From assembly GCA_965219535.1 (NCBI GenBank), contig CBDCNV010000001.1:1740001-1772000 (forward strand): a stretch of DNA of 32,000 nucleotides. Direction: 5' to 3'. The notes below the pieces were generated by a model that was not told the origin of the DNA, did no database searches, and saw only the letters and a program-made list of their open reading frames with translations. Shown here piece after piece: positions 9,175 through 16,951 of the stretch. Position 1 is the first letter of the stretch. Every line of letters starts with the position of its first letter. The position numbers and the translations under genes were made by a program. Source of the DNA: Opitutales bacterium. Lineage in GTDB: Bacteria; Verrucomicrobiota; Verrucomicrobiia; Opitutales; PNEW01.

Positions 9175-9282
9175 ATTAATTTAAGTTTCGCCAGTTAATG
9201 CGGAAAAGTGGAAATCATTTTGCTTTGCACTTTCATCTGAATATACATAATTTAAAAGATGACAACAACACTTGTTTTATAA

Positions 9283-10092
9283 ATGAGCGTAGCAATCCAG
9301 TATAATACCGATCAACTGATTGAAGAATTTAAAATCAACGGTTTCGTTGTTTTAGAAAACTTTATTCCCACTGACATTCTAGACCTCATATACGAGGCGT
9401 GGTTACCAATTAGAGACCGGGAAATTGAAAGGCAAGGAGATGATCCTAACCGGGGTACAAACCGTTATGCGATCCTTATTCCATATGAACGCCCCTTTGT
9501 TGATCCGGTGATTTTTGAGCATCCCACCCTGGTAAAACTTTTCGAAAATGTGCTGGGTGAAGATTACGTCTGTCAAAATTATAATTCGAACACTCCATTT
9601 CCCGGATCTGTCTATCAAAAATGGCACCGCGATGTGCCCCTGATTTTTCCAGGGTTAATGACTCCGACAATTTCCGTCGCGATCAGAATTCCCCTCGTCG
9701 ATACAACCGAGGAAAATGGCAGTATTGAAGTGCTCCCATCCAGTCACTTTATCGCTGATGAAGAGGTTTGTTATAAAGAGATCGATGAAAGAAGAGGAAA
9801 GTGGTTCGACCATGTTCTAGGAGAGGGACCCAATCGCATTGGCAGGTACTACCCAATCCGGCTCAATGTGAAACGCGGAACTATTTGGCTCTATGATCCC
9901 CGTCTTTTCCACCGCGGAACACCTAACGTCTCTGACCATCCGCGCGATGAACTCAGCATGGGATTTAGCCGTCCCTGGTTTACCAATGAAAAGATGCGTG
10001 GCAAGACAGATAATAATATGCCTCGTGATCTCTGGGATAGTTTATCCGATCACGCACAGCACGTGATGCGGTTAAGAAATGTAGTCTCTTAG
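9283..10092 (+). CDS. PhyH family dioxygenase
   Basis: 269 aa. Motifs: NGFVVLENFI, QKWHRDVPL (HxD), IEVLPSSHF, WLYDPRLFHRGTPNVS. Confidence 0.8.
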   Translation: MSVAIQYNTDQLIEEFKINGFVVLENFIPTDILDLIYEAWLPIRDREIERQGDDPNRGTNRYAILIPYERPFVDPVIFEHPTLVKLFENVLGEDYVCQNYNSNTPFPGSVYQKWHRDVPLIFPGLMTPTISVAIRIPLVDTTEENGSIEVLPSSHFIADEEVCYKEIDERRGKWFDHVLGEGPNRIGRYYPIRLNVKRGTIWLYDPRLFHRGTPNVSDHPRDELSMGFSRPWFTNEKMRGKTDNNMPRDLWDSLSDHAQHVMRLRNVVS

Positions 10093-10204
10093 TCAAAAGG
10101 TCAAAAAGTCAAAAAGGGAAGAGCACTAATGTGCGTGTTAGGTTTTAATATTTAGGTGTTATGTTAATCAATAAACACTTATAAATGCGGAAAAGATTAA
10201 TATT

Positions 10205-11074
10205 GTGATAAAGGAAAACTATCGACTTACGGATGGGCAGATACGATTTTTTGAAATATTTGGATTTTTAGTACGGAGAAATGTTTTCAATCCCGATGAA
10301 ATTAGTAAGATAAACAAGGAATTCGAACGTCGCCTTAGTAGGCTTAAGGCCGAAGCTGACCCAAAAAAAGAGTCACCTACCAACAATAACTGGCCGAATC
10401 GCAATCCGGATACGCCTTATATTGCCAGTTTGCTTGATGACCCACGTATTTACGTGCCTTCAGAGCAACTGGTAGGTGAAGATTGCGTTCCCGTTGAATC
10501 CAATGCCAATAGTTATAGGAGAAGTACCCATTGGCATCCTGATACGGAAGACCTTTATTTGTTAAGGGTTAAAAATGTTATCTATCTTCAGCCGACAACC
10601 GGTGACCGAGGCGCCTTACGGGTCATTCCCGGTTCGCATAAAAATCCATTGCACACAGATCTTCTACGCATCGGACTGGATAGATCATTCCATAAACAAG
10701 TATCAGGTTCAGGTAATTTAGAAGAGGGTGATCTGCTCGGGGAAGATATTCCGAGCTATATATTCAGTTCACAACCGGGTGATTTGATTATGTTTAATCA
10801 ACGGACTTGGCACGCTGCTTTTGGCGGTTATGAAGATCGTCGAACCTGTACCTATAATTTTTACCAAAACCCCAAATCACCTGAAGAGAAAGAGTCATTG
10901 AATAATCAGTTAGAACTGCTCAGATCCTATACGAGTAAAGATAAAAAAATTATTGAGAAGATAGGGTCACAATACCATCCGTGGTGGTTGGAAAATCCTG
11001 AAAATAACTCCAGGCGTGAACGCTGGATTAAATGGTTGGATGAATGGGGCTTTGTGGACGCTTATAAGATTTAA
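10205..11074 (+). CDS. PhyH-like dioxygenase (paralog of 15957-16805)
   Basis: 289 aa with a GTG start; the N-terminus MIKENYRLTDGQIRFFEIFGFLVRRNVF matches the ATG-started paralog MIQENYKLTEEQIQHFNVFGFVVRRNVF. Motifs: THWHPDTED (HxD), ALRVIPGSHKNP, RTWHAAFGG. Confidence 0.8.
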   Translation: MIKENYRLTDGQIRFFEIFGFLVRRNVFNPDEISKINKEFERRLSRLKAEADPKKESPTNNNWPNRNPDTPYIASLLDDPRIYVPSEQLVGEDCVPVESNANSYRRSTHWHPDTEDLYLLRVKNVIYLQPTTGDRGALRVIPGSHKNPLHTDLLRIGLDRSFHKQVSGSGNLEEGDLLGEDIPSYIFSSQPGDLIMFNQRTWHAAFGGYEDRRTCTYNFYQNPKSPEEKESLNNQLELLRSYTSKDKKIIEKIGSQYHPWWLENPENNSRRERWIKWLDEWGFVDAYKI

Positions 11075-11107
11075 TTCTCTGCGTTTTATTTATCTTGAAG
11101 CCGGCTA

Positions 11108-12046
11108 TTATTGAGCGCCGAAGCTTGTCTGGAATTTTGTCCAGACTTCATCGGCAACAGGGGTACTTGCGGCGTGAACATTGGCCTCTAATTGCTCGAT
11201 ATTGAGGCTGCCAATAGGGTTACCGTGAATACGGTTTTCCTTTAAGCAAAACTGGATGGCCAGCTGGAGAAGATCAACCCCCTCCTGCAGACACCACGCT
11301 CGAATTTGTCGTGCTGCATCGGCGTCCTTATCATTTTTGTAACGCCCTTTTTCCCGGGCTTCATCGATATCGGTGCCCGTTAAAAGGCCGCGCAAAATCG
11401 ACCAGCCATTCATAATTCCAATATCGGCAGCCGTGGCTGCTGGTATAACATCCTGGTCTACGGTTTTACGTACGAGATTGTAGTCGTTGAAGCAAAGCAG
11501 GAGATCGATATCGCCGGTCTCGATCGCTTTTAAGTGAAAATCATGGGGTCGCATGCCATAGCCGACATGACGCACCAGGCCGCGTGATTTGAGTTCCAGC
11601 AATCCGGACAATGTCCCGCCCGGGGTCAGAGTAGGATCGATTTCCAGCGGGTCATGGATAAGCATCCCGTCAAAATAATCGGTGCCGAGTATTTCCAACT
11701 GGTCTTCCACATCGAGGATGACCCGCTCTGAAGAGTAATCCGGTTCCCCTTTGCCATAAAAGCCCCATTGGGACGCCGAGTGACAGCAGAGACGCCCCGT
11801 AATGATCACATCCTCACGTTTAATTTCTCTTAAAGCCAAACCTAGTTTTCGTAAAGAATCGCCATAACAACGGGAGCAATCAAAGTGATTAACTCCCAGG
11901 CTGATAGCATGTTTTATAAGAACGATGGCTTCATCATTGGAAACGGGGCCAAAGTTATTGCCAAAGCCCTGGGTGCCAAAGGGGATGACGGGAATATTCA
12001 GATTGGTTTTACCAAGCTGGCGGCGGGGTAACGGGGGAGAGGACAT
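11108..12046 (-). CDS. aldo/keto reductase family oxidoreductase
   Basis: 312 aa. Motifs: LGKTNLNIPVIPFGTQGFG, GVNHFDCSRCYGDSLRKLGLAL, GMLIHDP, LVRHVGYG. This is the typical AKR layout. Confidence 0.8.
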   Translation of the reverse strand: MSSPPLPRRQLGKTNLNIPVIPFGTQGFGNNFGPVSNDEAIVLIKHAISLGVNHFDCSRCYGDSLRKLGLALREIKREDVIITGRLCCHSASQWGFYGKGEPDYSSERVILDVEDQLEILGTDYFDGMLIHDPLEIDPTLTPGGTLSGLLELKSRGLVRHVGYGMRPHDFHLKAIETGDIDLLLCFNDYNLVRKTVDQDVIPAATAADIGIMNGWSILRGLLTGTDIDEAREKGRYKNDKDADAARQIRAWCLQEGVDLLQLAIQFCLKENRIHGNPIGSLNIEQLEANVHAASTPVADEVWTKFQTSFGAQ

Positions 12047-12096
12047 GGGTAGTTCTTATTTACGAATTGTTGTGTGAAGATTAGATTGTCAATCAG

Positions 12097-12717
12097 TCAG
12101 GTTTTTAAGCACCAGTTCAAGCAGTTGCGTAAAATTTTCTGATAGGAGGGGTGATGCCAAATGGCCAGGTTATGACCGGGCGTCAGGACGCAGACTCGTC
12201 CTTTACCCTTAGTTCGCGTCCAACCCCCCGGTTGTTTACCGTGTTCAGAGCTGGTGTGGAGGAAGAGGTCAACGTTAGGGTCGTTCATCTCCATCTGGTA
12301 GTGTTCATCTTGAAGGGTAAAAGGAGTAGACCCCACTGTTAGGGGATGATCTTTTTGCATCTCCACGGTAACAGGACATTGGGGGGGATGGCCGACAAAA
12401 ATACCCCCCATCAAATTGCAGAGCGACGGCGCATCACCGTATAGGGCTGTTCCCGAGTGGAGAAAAAGGACACTGTTACCCTGTGCCACGTATTTAACAA
12501 AGGATTGCCCGATAGTTTCATCGGCCCACGGAGTGGGATCAGCCCCTGAGGTATTATTAGCTTTTGAAAAAATGGTTAGCGGGAATTCGTTCATTCGCTC
12601 GGCCGACCACAGGTTTGGGTCTTCGAGCCATTCAAACGCGTAGTCACTGTTGTCTAAGCCACCCAATCCGTCACGGGTAAGAGAAGCCGGTGGAGTGACC
12701 CCCAAAAATCGTATCAT
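12097..12717 (-). CDS. ThuA-domain (trehalose-utilisation-like) protein
   Basis: 206 aa. Motifs: VLFLHSGTA, MGGIFVGHPPQCPVTV, DHPLTVG, FTLQDEHYQME, GKGRVCVLTPGHN. These resemble the ThuA family. It lies 50 bp upstream of the AKR gene on the same strand. Confidence 0.6.
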   Translation of the reverse strand: MIRFLGVTPPASLTRDGLGGLDNSDYAFEWLEDPNLWSAERMNEFPLTIFSKANNTSGADPTPWADETIGQSFVKYVAQGNSVLFLHSGTALYGDAPSLCNLMGGIFVGHPPQCPVTVEMQKDHPLTVGSTPFTLQDEHYQMEMNDPNVDLFLHTSSEHGKQPGGWTRTKGKGRVCVLTPGHNLAIWHHPSYQKILRNCLNWCLKT

Positions 12718-12720
12718 TTA

Positions 12721-12738
12721 CAGAGAGAGGTTATCGGG
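12721..12738. repeat. IS3-family left inverted repeat
   Basis: cagagagaggttatcggg pairs with 13988-14005. Confidence 0.65.
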
Positions 12739-12755
12739 ATAAACAGATAACCTCA

Positions 12756-13049
12756 ATGAAAAGAAAAAGATACACAACAGAACAGATTATAACAATATTG
12801 CGGCAAGCCGATACCGGTAAAACGGTACAGGAAATCTGCCGTGGAAACAACCTGAGCGAACAGACTTTCTATCGCTGGCGTAAAAAATATGGCAATTTAG
12901 AACTTGCCGATGCGAAGCGATTTAAAGAGCTGGAAAAAGAATTCACGAGCGCAAGCGAGAAGGCCTGACATACCGAGCTGAAGAAGCTGCTCGCAGATCA
13001 AATGCTCAAGAATCAGGTAATGGAGGAAACGCTGTCAAAAAAATGGTGA
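12756..13049 (+). pseudogene. IS3-family transposase orfA (HTH), interrupted by in-frame TGA at 12966-12968
   Basis: The frame reads MKRKRYTTEQIITILRQADTGKTVQEICRGNNLSEQTFYRWRKKYGNLELADAKRFKELEKEFTSASEKA*HTELKKLLADQMLKNQVMEETLSKKW*. The sequences before and after the stop are the two halves of a typical IS3 OrfA (HTH plus leucine-zipper-like LKKLLAD). Confidence 0.75.
13037..13043 (+). other. putative -1 programmed ribosomal frameshift heptamer (A AAA AAA) joining orfA and orfB
   Basis: A7 run located 4 nt before the orfA stop. orfB is in the -1 frame relative to orfA. This is the classic IS3-family arrangement. Confidence 0.6.
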
Positions 13050-14008
13050 GCCCAAAGCAGAAGAAACGAGTAGTAAAAGCTGCGGCTGAGAAAGGGTTGT
13101 GCTCGTTGCGGAGGGCTTGTGCTTATCTCAGCCTGAGTTGGTCAACGTTCAGTTACCGGCCCAAACAGGCCAGTGAGAAAGCTCAGCGGTTGGTCGAGCG
13201 GATTGTGAGCTTGTCCTGGAAACATCCCCGCTACGGTTACCGGCGCATCCGTGCCTTGCTGGTAAAGGAAGGCTGGACAACAAGCAGGAAGTTTGTCCAG
13301 GCGGTACGACGTTCAGAAGGGCTGCAGGTAAAGCCCCCGAAAAAGGGCAGACACCGTCAAGGAGTCTCTACGGGGTCACCTACTAAAGCAAAGGGTCGCA
13401 ATCACGTTTGGTCCTGGGACTTTGTCCATGATCGTACAGACAACGGCGGTCCATTAAAGATGATGACTCTAATCGATGTACCGAGGAGCTGAAAGCGACG
13501 ACACTCAAGCGAAGCGAAGACATATACGCGTAAATGCCTGGATATCCGGGTCGCTCGTCAACTCACCTCAACCGATGTCCTCTCTGTGCTTAGCGAGGCC
13601 ATTGAAGAGGAGGGACCTCCCAGCTATATCCGTAGTGACAACGGCAGTGAGTTCATTGCTCATCAAGTGCAGCAGTGGTTGTCCGGTAATAACATAAAGG
13701 CGATCTATATCGATCCGGGCAGTCCCTGGCAAAACGGTTTCATCGAGTCGTTTCACAACCGCTTACGCGATGAGTGTTTGAACCGTGAAGTGTTGCTCAG
13801 CGTGGCTGAAGCGCAAGTGGTAATCGAACAATGGCGTCAGACCTATAACCATGAACATCCCCACAGTCGTTTAGGCTTCAAAAGCCCACAAGAGTTTGTC
13901 AGATTCCTTTCCGATCTTGGCCGCGTTCGGGCTACGCCCTCACTTCGCCAAGATCTCTCATATACATCAATCCTAAAACCATTAACACCCGGTAACTCTC
14001 TCACTTAA
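13043..14008 (+). pseudogene. IS3-family transposase orfB (DDE/rve integrase core), interrupted by in-frame TGA at 13490-13492
   Basis: ORFs 13043-13492 and 13586-14008 are in the same frame. Read-through gives ...HVWSWDFVHDRTDNGGPLKMMTLIDVPRS*KRRHSSEAKTYTRKCLDIRVARQLTSTDVLSVLSEAIEEEGPPSYIRSDNGSEFIAHQ...IDPGSPWQNGFIESFHNRLRDECLN...YNHEHPHSRLG. Confidence 0.8.
13988..14005. repeat. IS3-family right inverted repeat
   Basis: cccggtaactctctcac, whose reverse complement is gtgagagagttaccggg. Confidence 0.65.
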
Positions 14009-14248
14009 ATTGGTACGAAAAACGGGGTCCGATCACCGGGTGAGCAGAATCATCACAGAGGACCAGTATACGCATTGTGTTTACCTCATTGATCACGGAT
14101 GAATTGATGTCAAATAAATTTCCATTCATGCCATCATTTCGGAGAGGGTGGACTTCACCCTTTTAAGATTGCTAGTTACCTTTCTCTCGTAATAACTGGG
14201 GTTTTATTAATAGCTGTAGCTACTCTAACTTTAGGTAAGGAATACAGG

Positions 14249-14878
14249 ATGAAAGTTTACATCGTCGGTGATAGTATTTCAATACAGTACGGCCCTTACC
14301 TGAAAGCGTATCTTGACGGGAGCATGGAGTACTCGAGAAAAGAAAGTGAGGAGGAAGCTTTACTGAATCTTGACCATCCACAGGGCGCAAACGGTGGCGA
14401 CTCGTCAATGGTTCTCTCGTTTCTGAGAGCAAAGATTAAGTCTGGAGGTATTGATGCCGATCTCCTCCTCGTCAACTGCGGACTTCATGACATCAAGACG
14501 AATCCTGAAACTGGAGAACGACAGGTTTCGATGAATGAATACTCAGAGAACTTGCGCGCTATCGTGCATTCCGCTGAGAGAATGAAGCCCACGCTGATAT
14601 GGATAAGGACGACGCCCTGTGATGAAGCAGTGCACAACCAGCCAAGCCTGAATATGAACATGTATCGGTTCTCGGCGGACTGTGATGCCTATAACCGCGC
14701 AGCTGACTTGATCGTGAATGAAGCGCATATTCCGTCATTGGATCTGCACACCTTTACTAAGAATTTGGGCAGCGACTTATACTGTGATCATGCTCACTTT
14801 CACGAGCACATCCGCGAGAAGCAGGCGGCCTTCATCGCTGGTTGGTTGATGGGCTATTCAGAAAAGCGGTCTGTATAA
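14249..14878 (+). CDS. SGNH/GDSL-type hydrolase (esterase/lipase-like)
   Basis: 209 aa with the four SGNH blocks in order: VGDSIS, GANGGDS, NCGLHD, CDHAHF. Confidence 0.8.
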   Translation: MKVYIVGDSISIQYGPYLKAYLDGSMEYSRKESEEEALLNLDHPQGANGGDSSMVLSFLRAKIKSGGIDADLLLVNCGLHDIKTNPETGERQVSMNEYSENLRAIVHSAERMKPTLIWIRTTPCDEAVHNQPSLNMNMYRFSADCDAYNRAADLIVNEAHIPSLDLHTFTKNLGSDLYCDHAHFHEHIREKQAAFIAGWLMGYSEKRSV

Positions 14879-14938
14879 GCAAGTCATTCAGACGACGCAT
14901 TTCTGCGCTATTGATGTAAGCGTAACTCGGAATTGTAA

Positions 14939-15766
14939 TTACCTATTTGTTGAGCTTCTTTCCAGTAGTAGATAATTGTAAGCAAGTCTAAATCCACATT
15001 TTTGCAAACTCATTGAACTGGGAATATTGAAATCTGTAACCGAAAATGCCACTTTACATCCCGACGCAAAGGCATCTCTGATTCTCGCGAGGACATGCAA
15101 CTTATGATGACCTCTCCTGCGATATTCCTTTAAAGTATAACCCCACGCGAAATAACCAAAATCATTTTTGATGAAGAGATTCGATATGCTGACGGGTATA
15201 TTGTCTTCATAACCAATATAATTGAGCCAGCTTTTCGTGAAACCATGTTTGATCGCATTCTTCTCATTCTCCAAATCCTCATCCTGGACTGGCTCAACAA
15301 TAATTTTTGCTTCGACGAACTGATCAGCTTCATCACATGAAAATCGCCTGATTTTTCCAGCTGCTTCATCCACTGTATTATAATCATCTGGATGTTCGAG
15401 ATACCAGACACAGCGAAAGTCGCCTGGATGATAACCTAAATCAAGTAAAGCTGGTAAGATTTCAGATTTCCATGAAAACGGCTCAGTTCTATAAAAATTA
15501 GCAGGGTTTAGCTCGAAATAGCCATCTACTCCCTTCTTGTCAAAAAGAGAGGTCACTTCTTTCAGTTCTTTTGTTGTCTCATTACCTGTGAAGATGGCTC
15601 GATTTTCTAATCGATTTTCATTCGATAGAAATATCCGTGTACCACCTATCTCTATGAGCTCTATTCCCATGGGATTCCCAGGCAATAAGGACAATTGCTT
15701 GTAAACCGATTCAATATGATCGGCATGAGCGTTTTGAAGTCTCCTTAAGCTGTCTCTACTATGCAT
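14939..15766 (-). CDS. GNAT-family N-acetyltransferase (two-lobed, AT-rich gene)
   Basis: 275 aa. The C-terminal lobe has the acetyl-CoA motif YTLKEYRRRGHHKLHVLARIRDAFASG followed by SMSLQKCGFRL. Confidence 0.6.
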   Translation of the reverse strand: MHSRDSLRRLQNAHADHIESVYKQLSLLPGNPMGIELIEIGGTRIFLSNENRLENRAIFTGNETTKELKEVTSLFDKKGVDGYFELNPANFYRTEPFSWKSEILPALLDLGYHPGDFRCVWYLEHPDDYNTVDEAAGKIRRFSCDEADQFVEAKIIVEPVQDEDLENEKNAIKHGFTKSWLNYIGYEDNIPVSISNLFIKNDFGYFAWGYTLKEYRRRGHHKLHVLARIRDAFASGCKVAFSVTDFNIPSSMSLQKCGFRLAYNYLLLERSSTNR

Positions 15767-15956
15767 TTTACCTTAAATTCTGTTATAGGCTATCTGACAG
15801 GTTTTAGCGCAATGTAATAACTACTGGGATCCATTTTGATTCCGAGCTGATTAAGTTTAGTTTCACAAGATGCTTTCAGTGACGAAGTATCTATTAAAAA
15901 CTGCACACGTTATTAGTAACTATTAAGACTAATAAAACCGGATTTATTGCAACGGG

Positions 15957-16805
15957 TTAATTATCACCCGATTCCACAAAGTTCCATTTCTTCAACCAAG
16001 TAATCCAACGTTCACGCCTGGGGTTATTGTCAGGGTTTTTCAACCACCAGGGATGATATTGCAATCCCCCAATTCCCTGGGTTCTGTTCGTTTCAGCAAG
16101 TTTCTCCACCTCTTTTCTCATCGACTCTATCTGCTCGGGTGTCTTTGGGTTGCGATAAAAATTAAAATAGCAGAGACGTCGATCATTATAGCTACCATAG
16201 GCGGCATGCCAGAGTAATTCGTTAAGGGTAATTACGTCACCAGGATTTGAATTAAAGATGTAGCAGGGAATATCTTCACCGCGTAAACCTGATTTTTCTA
16301 GATATTGGGATTTTTTTTGCCCTGGTTTTATATTCAATCCAATACTAAGAAGCTCTTTATGCATGGGGTCTTTATGCGAACCGGGAATGACACGTAATGC
16401 GCCGCGATCAGCATTTGTCGGCCGCAGATACATGAGGTTTTTGAGTATACACATATTATGATCTTGCCTGTCAGGATGCCAATCTATTCCCTCGTCAACG
16501 CTGTCAGTACCAGAATTGATGGGTATGGAATCATCACCTACCAGTTGTTCCGAGGGTACATAGATACGCGGATCCTCAAGTAAGCTGGAAGTAAACGGAG
16601 TTTCCGGATTGCGATTGAACCAGGAATACGAATTCAGTTTTCTTTCAGAATCGGTTTCCTGCTGGGTAGAAGTAAGACGTCGATCGGCTTCCCCGTTTAT
16701 TTTTGCAACTTCATCGGGACTGAATACATTTCTTCGGACCACGAATCCAAAAACATTGAAATGTTGAATCTGCTCTTCCGTGAGCTTGTAGTTTTCCTGT
16801 ATCAT
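15957..16805 (-). CDS. PhyH-like dioxygenase (paralog of 10205-11074)
   Basis: 282 aa. Motifs: GIDWHPDRQD (HxD), ALRVIPGSHKDP, LLWHAAYGS, shared C-terminal YHPWWLKNPDNNPRRERWI. Confidence 0.8.
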   Translation of the reverse strand: MIQENYKLTEEQIQHFNVFGFVVRRNVFSPDEVAKINGEADRRLTSTQQETDSERKLNSYSWFNRNPETPFTSSLLEDPRIYVPSEQLVGDDSIPINSGTDSVDEGIDWHPDRQDHNMCILKNLMYLRPTNADRGALRVIPGSHKDPMHKELLSIGLNIKPGQKKSQYLEKSGLRGEDIPCYIFNSNPGDVITLNELLWHAAYGSYNDRRLCYFNFYRNPKTPEQIESMRKEVEKLAETNRTQGIGGLQYHPWWLKNPDNNPRRERWITWLKKWNFVESGDN

Positions 16806-16825
16806 TAAAATAAAATCAAAAGTTA

Positions 16826-16920
16826 AAAGGGGTCATGTCTATCTTTTGTAATTTATGAATATTCGAGTCGATAATTTATTTAGAAAACTATTATTGCAAA
16901 AAGATAGACACGACCCCTTT
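16826..16920. repeat. 95-bp imperfect palindrome with AAAGGGGTC termini in a divergent promoter region
   Basis: Left arm aaaggggtcatgtctatcttttgta (16826-16850) against right arm tgcaaaaagatagacacgaccccttt (16895-16920), with a ~44-nt AT-rich spacer. Confidence 0.7.
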
Positions 16921-16951
16921 CATATTTTTAAAAGAATGGAGATAGGGTGAT

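Larger units (their letters stand above)
12721..14005 (+). mobile_element. IS3-family insertion sequence (~1.29 kb) with imperfect terminal IRs and TTA target-site duplication
   Basis: Two-ORF orfA/orfB layout with an A7 slippery site. Left end cagagagaggttatcggg matches the reverse complement of right end cccggtaactctctcac (14 of 18 with one gap). TTA is present at 12718-12720 and 14006-14008. Boundaries are good to about +/-3 bp. Confidence 0.8.

Noticed and set aside
10092-10116. Tandem gtcaaaag / gtcaaaaa / gtcaaaaag triple repeat just after the stop of 9283-10092.
   Set aside because: It is a short, low-complexity A-rich microrepeat with no hairpin or partner site, probably slippage with no evident function.
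9196-10195. Shared 12-mer aatgcggaaaag upstream of the PhyH genes starting at 9283 and 10205 (9196-9207 and 10184-10195), considered as a possible common operator.
   Set aside because: Simple counting for a 32-kb window predicts tens of chance 12-mer coincidences. The distances to the two start codons also differ (~75 nt versus ~10 nt).
12966-13492. In-frame TGA codons in the IS ORFs as selenocysteine or reassigned (Trp/Gly) codons.
   Set aside because: TGA terminates a well-supported gene here (4295-6190) and IS orfA itself. No SECIS-like hairpin is evident, and the flanking residues look like insertions rather than conserved catalytic sites. Pseudogenisation or leaky stops are more parsimonious.
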